Of a DNA stretch of 64,000 nucleotides, positions 11,892-24,999 are shown one piece after another. Position 1 is the first letter of the stretch, and every line of letters starts with the position of its first letter. Origin of the DNA: Mobula hypostoma (Eukaryota); NCBI RefSeq assembly GCF_963921235.1, contig NC_086097.1, forward strand, positions 73,224,001 to 73,288,000, given 5' to 3'. The position numbers were made by a program, and so were the translations under genes. The notes beneath the pieces were generated by a model, which saw only the letters and a program-made list of their open reading frames with translations, did no database searches and was not told the origin of the DNA.

Positions 11892-12756
11892 TACCTCAAA
11901 TTACACGCAGAATTTTGGCAGGCCTTTGGCATTAAATGCATCAGTTTAAGAGCAATATATAGTTAGTTGTGTTTCAGTTGTAGCATTTAGCATATTCATG
12001 TCCTTCTAGTGCTGATGAAATTACACCATTAATTGCTTTTAACTGCCTGATAAAAATATTTTACTTTTTCTTTAATCTATTTAATAGATACTTTTGTATA
12101 GTACCTGTATAAACCCTGGGAGCTGGGTACTTCAAATCTATTATTAAACAAAAGGTTTTATTTCCATTTAAATCTTAAGTATACGTGCTTATTGAAAAGG
12201 TCAACTCCTTTATTATCTATAAAGTTATATCAGTTGCAAATACATTTATTCCATTATTAGTGCAATATGGAGAATACATTAAATCTAAATTAATTGTGAA
12301 CTTACACAATAATGAGTTTTGTATGTCTTTGAAAAGATTATTCCATCCAAATGATTTTTGTGTTTTCAGATGTCCATTGATGTATGAGGCTGTTCATCAG
12401 TGTTGTTCAGATCCCTGTTGACTTTCAACAATTTTAAATTTGAGTAATGCTTTGAAATAGTAAATTTTTTTAATGCTGTGAAGCTGGTTGGAGATACCGG
12501 GGGGGGAATCTGAATATATTGGAGGAGTTTGGCTTAAGGAAAGCATTAGCAGAACAGATTTTCATGTTGGAGTTTCTAGAGTGCAAATATTTGAAGGTTG
12601 AAGCCAATATTTGGGGTAAGTGTGAGTCTCAATGAATCTGGAAAGGTATTAGAGAGACTTCTAGAACTGAAGCTAAAGGAGGCTTTGGGTTTAAAAAAAA
12701 GAGAATTTTGACCTTAGTGCTTTGGGACTGGAGAAAATGAAAGTTGATGATAATTA

Positions 12757-12890
12757 AAACAACAGGAATTCTGCAGATGCTGGAAATTCAAGCAACACAC
12801 ATAAAAGTTGCTGGTGAACGCAGCAGGCCAAGCAGCATCTGTAGGAAGAGGTGCAGTCGACGCTTCAGGCCGAGACCCTTCGTCAGAACT
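12757..12890 (-). mobile_element. Solo PLE terminal unit (~135 bp) beginning at the hammerhead motif
   Basis: Reverse complement reads AGTT-CTGACGA-A-GGGTCTCGGCCT-GAAGC-GTC-GACTG, followed by the same tail as 37245-37345. Confidence 0.85.
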
Positions 12891-13339
12891 GTCATTAATG
12901 CATTTCTGTATGAGCGGAGTATAATCATTGGTTTGAGCTTATACTAAAAAGTCCTTAAATCAGAGTATAAACTTACACCTATTATGATTATTCAGATCCA
13001 GAATCTTAAACACAGGTTGGCACAACTGTAAACTTTTGCCGTTGTGTTTTCAAGTGGCTTCCTGACCATAACCTCCCCACCTCTAGTACTTAATCAGATA
13101 AATCGTGGTCATGCAAATAATGTTCATATTCCAAAATTTAAAAATAAGCATCCTAACATCAGAGTCTGAGTCATGAAGAAAACTTGTGTGGCTTTAAAGT
13201 GTGTGCAGTTTGAATGTAATCTTAGTTATCAATCTCAAAAGCAGTTGTAAGTTGGATATGGCAAAGTCAAGGAGTGTTACTGTTCCGCTGCAATGTCCCA
13301 CCTCCTCAAGAAAGGTTTTAATGTGATAGACTGGAAAAA

Positions 13340-13615
13340 ACATGCCACTAGACTCGAGGAAAGCTTCTACCCCGCTATCAGAAGACTATTAAATGGTTCT
13401 CTAACACGATAAAATAGACTCTCGACCTCATAATCTATCTCATCAGCTTGTGCCTTGTTGTTTACCTGCACTACACTTTCTCTGTAGCTGTTATTTTCTT
13501 CTGCATTGTTGTTTTCTCCTTGTTGAACATCAATACAGTGTGAACAGTATGTAAGACAAGCTTTTCACTGTACCCCAGTATATGTAATGACAATAATGAA
13601 CCAATTCCAATACCA
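13340..13615 (+). mobile_element. Rex1/Babar-like LINE 3' tail
   Basis: ACTAGACTCGAGGAAAGCTTCTACCCCGCT (TRLEESFYPA, typical ORF end), then a T-rich UTR and a short repeat tail (ACCAATTCCAATACCAA). Confidence 0.55.
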
Positions 13616-16599
13616 AGATCTGCAGTTGATGCTCCATGAAACAGAGAGAGATCTCCTCAAATGTAATTGTATGTAATGAAGTGAATAATCAAATGTTTAT
13701 TTGTTCAATCTGGAAACAGCCACCACCCATTTTTAGTCATCTTTCAGCCCCACTATGAAGAAAACAGTGAATATACATTTTTAACTGGCTTCTCTGAAGG
13801 TCACACAGACTTGCAGTGAATTTCAAGAAACAATGTGTGCCTTTGAAACGCACAAGAGAGAGCTTGTAATGCAACAGGGCAAAGTCCTGTGGACAGTCAA
13901 ACCAATTAATGTGAAATTTTAACTTATTTTACAAGCTGACTTCAATTCAGTTTTTAAATAAATTATGAAGCGCTACTGATTTATAATCTTACTTCAGCTT
14001 GTTAGGTTTCTGCAAAGATGTGCATTAAGTGAGCAGTCTATTCCAAACAAAGAACAATGCGTTGTTGATGATTAACAAGGTAGAAGGTGTGAATGGAATA
14101 CAAAGGGTCACTGTCTTTCATGGATGTGTGTGGAGAGAATCACATTCTTTATCCACCATATTGTACTTATCCATACTTGCAAAGTGTCTTTATCTAAATG
14201 CAGTTTATTATTGATTATGGTAAGAAATAGAATAGTCTTAAATATCATTCTGCTGAGCAGCACAACAGTCTGGCGTTGTCATTCATGTTAATTGTGTTTC
14301 TTGAATGTACAAAAAATTGAGTTCTGTATTGCTCTTTGGGGAACAAGGTCAAGGAATGAAATAATCACTGCTGGTGGCCTTTCCTGGGAATGGGCCAGAA
14401 ATCTGACAGTGCTGATTCTTTGATTTCTTGAACTTGCTCCCCAAAGTGGGGAGGTGAAGTGGGATACTTAAGGTCAAGGAACGCAAGACCAAAACGCAAT
14501 TCAATAAATAAAGGGGCATTTTGTAGGCAGGGTTATGGTTCCTAACTAATTGATCAATTCGCTTTTGATAACACATGTAAAAAATCTTGGTTCACCTCAT
14601 GAGGTAGGCAGCAGCAAGTTACGCAGTTTAGCAGGTGCAACGTCCCAAAACACTGAAGTCCAAATTTGGACTTTGTGATTTGGTCTTGCACTCCTTGACC
14701 ATAAGTACCTCAATTTACCCTTTGTTTACTTTTTTCCTTTCTCTATCTTCACCCTGGAAGTCAGCCTGCCAGTGATTCCTCATATCCTACCCTTAATCAC
14801 TATATCCATATGTAGTCCTTCATTCTAATTCAATTACAAACCTGGTTTAAACTAAGCTGATGCATACTGTCTGGTCAGCTCTAAGAACATGGGTTACAGC
14901 TAATTATTCTAATGCTACCTAATGTACTTGGAAACAAAAATATGTTGCTTACATAGCCCTTGCATGTTTCTTTTTGTACTTTTTAGTGCAATTACACGTT
15001 GTTCCATTTGTTAGTTTTTGTACATTATTGGCTTTCTCTTGTACCTTGTATAGAGTTGTGTGTTGTGATTTTCTTTTAAGCAAATAGTATTTTCATCAGT
15101 GATTTTTCTTTTAGTGTATTAGGAGTACATACTAACTCTACAATATAGTATTTTTCCTAGTTCAGAAACTCCCCTGTGTATGAACAGTTGGTTGCATACA
15201 TACTGGACAGACATTTTTGGAAATTGGAAAGAATTGCTGGCTGCTGCAGCCATCTTCTACCTTAGGGGAATTCAATTTACTCTGACATGCGCAATATCTG
15301 GGTTATAAACTGTTCACAGGAATGGGTCCCTTCCGTAACCTGGCGAGGACCTTCAAGCTTTTACTGAAATTTCTTTCTCCCCCCCACCCCCCCCACCAAT
15401 ATAAACCTCATTCTTCTCAATGCATGGAAGTCAGCCTTTTTTAATCTGTAAAATTGTTCAAACAGATCCATGTTTCACCCTTTCAAACACTAACTTGAGT
15501 TCATTATTTTATGATTTGGTACTTGATAAGAGATCATACACCATTATTATTTTAATTAACTGCAGCTCATCGTGTAAACTGATATGGCATGTAGGTTATG
15601 ATTGTTGGAAATGGCTATTATAGATATCTGAGCTTATGCATTCCACATGATCACCCATTTACAGTACTCTGCCTTTGCTTTGTACTTGCTCAGTCTTTAT
15701 ATTTACTTAAGAGCTCAGACCTTTGAACTCCTTTTGCAGTTGCTAGGTCTGGAGTTAGTGATGCTAACACCAGTTCAAATTCTAGATTATTTAACTGAAA
15801 AAATAACATATTCTTGATTTAACTTTATATTTGCAGATCCATTGGGTTTTGTAATACTGAACTTGTGACAGTATGCTGCTTTTCCCATAAAGTTCTGCTG
15901 AATTGTCATTATATCATATGTCACGGAAATTATTTCACCATAAATCACTTGGGCTATTCCTCTCTTCTACCATTTCCCCTACCTTTTCTACAGACTTCAA
16001 ATCCTGATGTATTAAATTCCCAGTCTTGACTGGTTTGCAGCCATCACTTTGTAATGACCACCATGGTACAACCTACAAGATAAATTGTGCCTCCAATATA
16101 ATCACTTGCAGAAGTTATTGATTTTTGAGACATCTGTAATTTCAGTGCCATTCTCCTAAGTATTCTGTTATCGTTCTTCGTGTAGACATTTCTTTTTTCC
16201 ATCTTTCTTGTACGTGGTGAGGAATCAGATTTCTTTTGCATTAAACTTTGAAACCTCAACTGCTTCTGCATTATGGATTCTACCTGAGTGATAGTATCCT
16301 TTAAAATGATTCTACTTAAAGGACTTGTGTCCTTAAAGAACAGGTAGCTTTGAAAATGTGTGACTTGTGTTCATAAATTGTGCCTTGGAAATCTGACTCA
16401 TATTGAGGGCCAGGAAACGTTGGTCTGGGTGGAAAATCAGCATTTTGCAAGGGCTATTTAAATTCTTGGATCTCGTGTTGACCTCAGTGATGGATTACCT
16501 GCTCAACCATGCTGGTTTAGATAAGTTGTTCAAATAATGCTCTCAGCCTCTGCCAGATTCTCTGAGGCCTATTTGATGTGAGTATATGCCTTCTGAAGC

Positions 16600-17010
16600 A
16601 AAGTATCTGAAAGTTGAGCAGCTCAGTGGGCATTACTCCCAGTCCAGAGAGGGTGATACAGTGGGAATAATATTCTGACCTCCCTCAATGTCCTTTGCTG
16701 CTCTCTCAACCAAATGCACCTTGTAATGAGGCTACTGGTGCAGCTCTTTATTACAGTCACAGAATTATGAACTTTGTTGTATGAATGGCAGTGAGAAAAG
16801 AGCATGGCCTGAATGCTGGGGGTCATTGATGATGGATGCAGCAATCTTGTGACAGTGTTCCTTGCAGATGTGCTTAATGCTGGAGAGGGTTTTCCGTCAT
16901 GAATTAGTCTGTATACATTACTACTTGTAGGATTTTCCTTTTATGAGTATTGGTGTTTCCATACCAGGCTGTGATGCAAAACAGTATACTGTCCTCTGTA
17001 TGTCTATAGA
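16600..17010 (-). mobile_element. Rex1/Babar-like LINE 3' fragment
   Basis: Reverse complement resembles the C-terminal region of the 58879-59682 ORF (MLHPSSMTPSIQAMLFSH; CCATACCAGGCTGTGATGCA). Confidence 0.55.
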
Positions 17011-18631
17011 GTGAACCAGATGGAGTTTCATGGTTACCATTACTAATTCGGGATTTATTTAATTATTTGATTTTTAACGTCAGATGTGATGGTTAGATTT
17101 CAACTTCTTTCACTGCATCAGCACTCTGAAATTCTTGCTTCTCATCCTGTAACTTAACCACTTATACTGTTGAACCCTGAATGGGCAGCCCTTATTTTCC
17201 GTTAAATTAGTTGTCATGTATTGTATTTGTCATTCTGTATGCAGAGTAGTTTACTAGACTAGCAGGTGGACTGATGACGAGATTTAAGGATATGTTTAAA
17301 GCATCTTTTTATATATATATCAGCATCTCCACTGAGTGCTGTGAATCTTAGACCACTAACTGCTCAAAATGGACAAGGAACTTCCAGGATGGATGGTTTT
17401 CAACATCTAAAATCCATCTGTTAGGAACATGGGTCCAATGTAAGTAGCAAGAGGAACAAACTTTCCCCAGTGTTTGTGGAAGAGTCCATAGTTCCCAATT
17501 GGCCTTATTAGATCTCTCAAAATTTGATTGGAAGGAACTCATCCTTTCCCAAGCAATTTCTATGAAGGTGATTTATTTAAAGGTTTTAATACAGCAGAAC
17601 TGATGCAGAAGGTTATTTGGGAGCAGGTCACTGGAATGACAGTAATTCATTCACTGACGTGGCTCTCTGGTGAGGGCAACTGCTGCTGCAAGTCTTAAAA
17701 TAGAAGACTTGTTTTTACGGCAGGCTGTGCCTTCCGTATCGTGTAACCATCAGGAGTGGGACAATGCCTAACTCTTTGCTGCTTCATCCCTATTGTGTGA
17801 ATGTGATTTGGTGAATTGGGTCCCTGATTCAAACCTGTTTCTCAGATCATAGTAAGGTTGCTGAGAAATGCCAGAATACGGATTGCCCATTAACCCTTAG
17901 CAACTGCTTCATCGCTGGGAAAGATGGTTATTGCAGTGATGGAACAGGACCTGTAGAAAGCTGGTGGTTGAAGGTCCCCAAGCCCTCTCTTTTGAGTGTT
18001 GGAGTTAGTGTGGGATCTGACAGGTCAGTAGTTCATTCTGCAGACTTTGGAGGTTAAGTGATATCCCCTGTAGCTTGTGGCAACGAAATTTGAGAGTTAT
18101 CATAATTTTCACAGCCACAACTGTTAAATGACTATAGAGCATCTGTAACTGAAACAAAGACAACTTCCTCATGTGTTTTCCTGCAGACAGATAGTGGAAA
18201 GTTTACCTAGGCCTGTACATGTGCTGTATTTGGTATTGTACCACCAGCAACCTTACTTGCTCATTTTGTTTGTTAGGCCTAGTGCTGTTTTCTTTTGTTG
18301 AAACTATCTGAGACAGCATCTCTTATTTCATATAGCTTGCAGTTTGTTCTCATCTTCCACCCTATTTTTAACAAATAGTCCTGTGTAACTTTCACCACCG
18401 TCAGTGTGATATCATCATAAGACCTTTCCTCTCACTCCCTCCCCTTTAGCCTTCTCTCATTTGCACTAATCACTCCCCATCTCAAGGTATCTTCACAGGT
18501 GTAAAGAGAAAGTACCACACTTCCCTTCCTACTATCTGGGGATCCAACTCTTCCTTCAAGTAAAGCAGCGATTCACTTGTATTTCTTCCAAGTAAATAAT
18601 GTAGTTGCTTCTACTCTCAAAAAGCCAAATA

Positions 18632-19385
18632 CAGGTGTCCCCTGCTTTTCAAACGAAAGACCTACATTAGTACCTGTTTTCGCTAACAGAAGTTGTTTTC
18701 ACTGTTACGAAAAAAGGCAGCGCATGCCCCGAGCAGCCAAGCTCCTCCCTCGGAACTGCATTCTAGCCGGCATTGCTTAAACACGTGCCTGTGAGCATCT
18801 GTGCTTTATCTCGATTTATTTTGAGCATCCGTTAGCAAGTTCTAAGGTACTGGAAAAGCTTAAAGGAGCTCGTAAGAGTGTTACACTAAGAGTAAAACTA
18901 GATATAATTAAGTGTTTCGATCGTGGTGAACGAAGTAAGGACAAAGTGCGTTTGGCTTGTGGAAGTTGACGAAGATGATGTTGAAGAGGTTTTGGCATCC
19001 CATAACCAAGAACTGATAGATGAAGAGCTGATACAATTGGAAGAGAAAAAGGATAACAATCGAAAGAAACCAACTGCGGTAGCGAACGGTCTGAAAGTGA
19101 AGTCGTCCAGGAACTGAACGTGAAGCAACTGCATGAGATTTTCACTGCAATGATTGCAGAAAAGCACGGCTTTAATTTTGAAAGGGTGCATCGGTTTAGG
19201 GCATATTTGCAGGATAATTTCAGTGCTTACAAAGAACTGTATGACATAGAAGAAGATGGTCTGCCTGCCCTGATGGAAACAGACAATGATGATGACACCC
19301 CAGTGTCCCACCACCCCAACCTCCAGGCCGTGAACCGATACCGATCCGCGAAGAATGCAGCGGAGCAGCAGTAGCCAGAACGCAC
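18632..19385 (+). mobile_element. Tigger1-like transposon, internally deleted (CENP-B-type HTH and acidic C-terminal remnants)
   Basis: TA-CAGGTGTCCCC left end. 18871 onward reads RKSVTLRVKLDIIKCFDRGER, and the 18923-19117 ORF contains EVDEDDVEEVLASHNQELIDEELIQLEE. Confidence 0.75.
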
Positions 19386-19389
19386 CCTT

Positions 19390-19785
19390 GGAGTGACAGA
19401 GGATGAGAGGTCACCTGATAGAGGTGTATAAGATGATGAGAGGCATTGATTGTGTGGATAGCCAGAGGCTTTTTTCCAGGGCTGAAAGGGCTAACACAAG
19501 AGGACATAGTTTTAAGGTGCTTGGAAGTAGGTACAAGGGAGATGTCAGGGGTAAGTTCTTCCACACAGAGTGGTGGGTGTGTGGAATGCACTGCTAGCAA
19601 CAGTGGTGGAGGCGGATACAATAGGGTCTTTGAAGAGACTCTTCGATAGGTACATGGAGCTTAAAAAAATAGGGGTCTATGTGGTAGGGAAATTCTAGGC
19701 AGTTTATAGAGTAGGATACATGGTCGATATAATATTGTGGGCCGAAGGGCCTTTAATGTGCTGTAGATTGCTGTGTTCTGTGTTC
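19390..19785 (+). mobile_element. CR1 3' end
   Basis: MRGHLIEVYKMMRG...TRGHSFKV...RGKFF (19403-19597), then the CR1 tail TGTGGGCCGAAGGGCC. Confidence 0.9.
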
Positions 19786-19859
19786 AGAATATGGGAGTCC
19801 TACCATACTCAACCTTTTGATTCCTTACACTGTATGTAGGGTTAACAACACCTTTCTCC

Positions 19860-20540
19860 ACAACAACTCCACTATATGTTCTGGCATTCCGGTTCCCACA
19901 CCACCTGCAACTCTAGTTTAAAATCCCCTGCACTGCTCTAGCAAACCTTCCTGCTGGGATGTTAGACCCCCTCCGGTTCAGGTGCAAACTGTCCCTTCTG
20001 TACAGGTCCTACCTTCCCTGAAGGGCAGCCCAATGATCCAAAAAGCTGAAGCCCTCCCTCATACTCCATCTCCTTAGCCACGTGTTGAATTGTATGATCT
20101 TCCAATTTATGGTCTCACCAGCATGTGCCATGGGTAGCAATCCTGAGATCACAACTCTTGAGGTCATGTCATGTCCTTTAATTTGCCACCTAATTCCCTG
20201 AACTCACTTTGCAGGACCTCGTCACTCCTCTTACCCATGTCATCGGTATCGACATGGACTACGACCTCAGGCTGCTCACCCTCCCACTTAAGAATGTTGC
20301 AGATTTGATCAGAGATGTCCCTGACTGTCACGTGAGAGGCAACATACCATCTGGGAATCACTTTCTTGTCCATAGAACTTCCTTTCTGTTTCCCCCTAAC
20401 AAATGAATCCCCTATCACTGCAGATTGCCTCTTCTCCCCACTTACTTTCTGTGCTGGAGACCAGACCACTGTGGCTCTCCTCTGGTAGGTCACCCCCCCC
20501 CCCCAAACAGTATTCAATGCGGTATAACTGTTGTTGTGGG
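19860..20540 (-). mobile_element. CR1 ORF1 SGNH/GDSL esterase-like domain remnant
   Basis: ORF 20164-20517 contains AVIGDSFVRG...GEQPEVVVHVDTDD...EFRELG. Confidence 0.8.
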
Positions 20541-20974
20541 GACCGGCAACAATGGGGATGACATTCTCTCATTTCAGTGGACTGATGTTGCCATAGTTCA
20601 CCTGGGACCTTTCTAGTATTGGAGTAACAGGGCCAGTTGCTGAGATATCATCACATGAGTCAATTAAAATGATCTTAAATAATAATATTTAGTCCTGTGG
20701 GGGAAAGGAATGAGGGTAACCTGAAATGGAGAAGGATGTCATTAGTCATACGTGTTGTTGCTGCACTTGCTTCGAACTGTAATCCAGCTCACTGTGCTGC
20801 CATTTGTGACACTGAGCTAAAGAAAACAGGAGAGAAATGATCAAATACATCAGAACAAGGAAGGAAATAAGTAAATAGGTATCAACTAAAGGCAGTTAGT
20901 GTCTTTGTTCTTAGTAATTTAAATATCAGACAGATGTGTTAAAAGCAAATTATTGAATATGTTGATATTGTGAA

Positions 20975-21690
20975 ACAGCAGAATGCTGAGGTTCACGAGC
21001 TCAGCTAGGATCTGTGTATTTAATTTTCATGAATTTTCATTGGAGTTGGGTAAATATGAAATAATGGGGAGTTTCTCAGATGCTGAAGACCAGGGAGTAC
21101 TCAATGACGCAAGTGTCAAAGGAAAGTTACTCAGTAATATAAGCTGTGTTTGGAGGAGATGCAAGCCAGCAGAGTAGAATAAACTCTGAAATTCCTGAAG
21201 TGAGGAGGTAAAGTTATGAATACTGAAAATGTGGGTTTCGAGAATGGCTGATTATTTGAAAACATTCAATTCAGTATTGCATCTGGAAGGCTGCAGTGAG
21301 CCTGTTTGAAAGATGAGAAAGTGTTCCCCAGGCTTACACTGAACTTGGCTGGAACAGTACAAGAGGCCAACGGCACTGGTCAGTGTGGAATGGAAGGATT
21401 AAATTGAGAGACAACTGGAAGTTGTAGATAGAGCTCAAATGTACAGGTGTTTCACAAGTGTTTAATTCGCTGTAGGATTCTGTGTAGGTTATTTTTTTAA
21501 TGGAAAATGCTGGAAATACTCTGCAGGTTAGGCAACAATTTTAGCAAATGGATTTCAGAACAAACGACAATCCTGATGAAAGGTTGTTGATCTGAAATAT
21601 TTACCCTGTTTATCTCACCACTGATGCTGTCTCACCTGCTACGTTTTCTATTTTAATTTTGGCTTTCAGATCTGCAATATTTGCTTTTAG
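20975..21690. mobile_element. Old PLE remnants: GIY-YIG tail (minus) plus a short fold-back of PLE termini with a hammerhead-like core
   Basis: 21260-21370 reverse complement resembles the LEEQHLIFRLGSLQP region. 21502-21690 carries inverted terminal pieces around CTGATGA-A-AGGT(TGTTG)ATCT-GAAAT-ATT (21573-21601). Confidence 0.6.
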
Positions 21691-22739
21691 ATTAAGTGAA
21701 TGTGCTCTTTGTATCTTGTTCTTCATTTATAATTGTGGCAGTACCACAGGCAATGCACATTTCATACTAGTATATAGCTTTCAAGCTGTCAGCACAGGGA
21801 ATATTAAACATTAGAGAAACAAATGGAAACCAGTGAAGTCCAGTAAGACCAGTATTGGGCAGTCAAAAATGACTAATTCTTGAAACTGTGTCAAGAGGCT
21901 GGCATCAAACTGGTGTTTTTGCACAGGTATGGATTATTGCTTTAACAAACATAGTTCTGCAGCAGAACAAGAGACTGTTCTATATGTCCCTGATGTTTTG
22001 TGTTATTTTCACCATTTCCCCAATGTGAAACATTTAAAAAAAAGAAATCTCTCCCTTTGACAATTATTTTGATTGGTTTCCTTGAATGCAAGTAATGAAG
22101 GACTTTGACATGGTGAATCATTGGAAAAAATATTCCATCTAACAAAGTGCTGGTGTTGGAAATAAAAAGCTTTGATGACAGTCCTTCACTCAAAAGCATG
22201 CTGTTACTGTCAAACTTAATTGGCCAGTATAGTTTGTTTCATGGGGTACATATTGGCTTAAATTGTATTTGTTGTCAAGATAAATAGTGGGAGGGGTGGC
22301 AGAAAGAAAATGTGAAGTGATGCATTTCAGTTTTTGACAAAATAGCAGGGGTACTGAAATTAGTATGAGAATCCTGAAGCTCCACTGTTATTGCCCAAAT
22401 ATATCTTGTCCAAACTCATGACAGGTTGAGCAAAAGAAGCCTTAGCGGTTGTGAAAGGAAAATGTGAATGGATCCATAATTGCCAAAGAAGACAATGACA
22501 GGATGATGGTAATTGCAGCCTGCTGCACTAGTGGCATGCTTTTCCCCCCAGTGACATTGTTACTGCTTGTCTGTCGATTTTTCAGTTGTGTTCTCTAAGT
22601 GGAAAAGAAATGTAAAGCCATTTGAGTCACAGGAGGTTTGCTGTTATTGTCACTTATATTTCTAGTGGGAAAAGATTCTGTTACTTTCAAAAAAAATGTG
22701 ACAGTGATTTGAATTTTAATCAGGAGAAAAAAAAACAGG

Positions 22740-23110
22740 TATTTTATCTATTTATTTCATTTTATTTGGAGATACGGGATGGAGTAGGCCCTTCTGGCCC
22801 TTTGAGCAGTGCCACCCAGCAACTCACAAATTTAACCGTAGGCCAATCACAGGACAGTTCACAATGACCAATTAGCCTGCTAACCTGTTTGTCTTTGGAC
22901 TCTGGGAGGAAACCCAAGGGCTCACGGGAAGGACTGTATAAACTTGCTTACAGAGGATGCTGAAATTGAATGAAACTGAAGCACCTGGAGGAAAAGCACG
23001 TGCTCGCTGGAAGGAATGTACAGATTTGCTTACAGAGGATGCTGAAAATGAACTCTGAACTTTGACTTGAGCTGTAATAACATTGTTCTAACTGATGTGC
23101 CACTGTGGCT
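22740..23110 (-). mobile_element. tRNA-derived V-SINE-related element with internal tandem duplication
   Basis: GTCTTTGGACTCTGGGAGGAAACC is the reverse complement of the V-domain-like core. GCTTACAGAGGATGCTGAAA occurs twice (~22946, ~23027). Confidence 0.65.
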
Positions 23111-24694
23111 ATTGTTTGCAGAAGGATGAAAAATCTAGAGTTGCTCCTTTGTTATTATTTTTATTAATTTATTAATTATCAAACATAGGTTGTACTTTAG
23201 AATAATGTTCACCTAAGTGAGCACCTTGTCACACAGGTGTCGGGAGTTCTTGGGTATATTAAAGATTTTTATGGCTGTCAGCTGTCACACATTAAAAGTG
23301 ATTGAGATGAGTCATTTTAGAGCTGGGTGATGACTGGCCCAATTCAGCATCCCTTTACTCATGGGATAATGTGTCGCTTTCTAATTTGAAAGAAAACACA
23401 GTGATGGTGGATCTGAAAATCATTATGGCAAATTATTCTTTGGCTTGGTATGAATTTAAAGACTTGTGCATACCTTGAAACATGGAAAGTATTTAATAAT
23501 ACCTTGACTTTTGGTTTGTAATAAACCACAACATCTTACATTTGAAGTTCAGTTTCACCGTTGTGTGCGTGACAAAGATCATCTGATCTGGTTGAGTCTG
23601 TGGGATCTGTAGATTGCAGTTCATATTGCAGATCTGCATCATCTAGTTCTGTCATCTACCTCAACAAATGTCCAAAAGTTTTTATTGATTCTAGTCAACT
23701 AAATTAACTAGATTTATTTCCTCCAAAGTATTAGCATGATTAATGCAGGTTTCTAACACAACTAGTGATTGGTTTTAGGTTTCTTATCTCCAATATTCTG
23801 ATTTGGTCCAAAAGGATGAACTACACTGGTGTTCAGAGCTGACCAATATGTTCCTATGCTTCTCCTGACAAGCTTACATATTTTTTTTAAAATCCCCCGT
23901 CCATTTCTGTTCATAACCCCTCTCTCCTGCCTGACTTTCTTTTGGACCGCACTTAATCTGCCCATTCTTGATTGGCCTGGCCCGTCCCTCACTCATTGAC
24001 ATCCGGCTTCCCAATCCACAGCATAACTAGTCTTGTGTTTCACTGCTTATAGCACTTTCATTCTTGTCGAGGCATCCCAAAATATGCTGTGCAAATGCAG
24101 TTGCTGTTGTGTAAGCTGTGTGTATGTACATTTCTGACTCCCACCAACAGCTTTAGAGTCACATGGAACCATTTGTAACGGTTACTTTAATGGTTGATTT
24201 GTAAATGGAGAAAACAGCGACTGCCTTTGAAACCTTGGTGTGTATGATATGAATGGTAATGCAAGAGACAACTTTGTAACTAAAAACATAGAGAACTTGG
24301 AGGAGAACTTATGGGAACTTTTCTTCAAGGAGAAGGGAAAACACATTTATTTTAAAAATCTATTAGAAAAAGAATGCGTATTAATAGAATAAATGCAAAA
24401 TGAAATGTAGTTACGAGTAACTGATTTTATTGTAGCAGCTTGTATTAAAAGTATAGTTCTGACAAAATGAATATTGCTGTCTTGGTCTTTTGATTGTAAC
24501 GGAATACTTCGTTGGTTTAAAATCTGAAATTGAGTTTAGCTGCCATTGTATTTTTTACAATAATTGCTTTTTCTATAATTAGGCTAACGTGACAGGGCGC
24601 AGCTTGTGTATGTGTTCCTTGAAAACATAAATTATAGGTTGTATTGCAATCATGTTCTGTAACAAGAGCATTCTTTTATGGTTTGTGTCACAGA

Positions 24695-24703
24695 CAGAGA
24701 GAG

Positions 24704-24750
<47 letters not shown>

Positions 24751-24761
24751 CTCCCTCTCTC

Positions 24762-24814
<53 letters not shown>

Positions 24815-24940
24815 CTCTCCCTCTCTCTCTCCCTCTCTCTCTCCCTCTCTCTCTCCCTCTCTCTCTCCCTCTCTCTCTCCCTCTCTCCCTCCCCCTCTCC
24901 CTCTCTCCCTCTCTCCCTCCCCCTCTCCCTCTCTCCCTCC

Positions 24941-24998
<58 letters not shown>
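24695..24998. repeat. Compound microsatellite (GA)n-(CA)n-(CT/CCCT)n-(CA)n-(CT/CCCT)n-(CA)n
   Basis: Read directly from the sequence. Confidence 0.98.
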
Positions 24999-24999
<1 letters not shown>

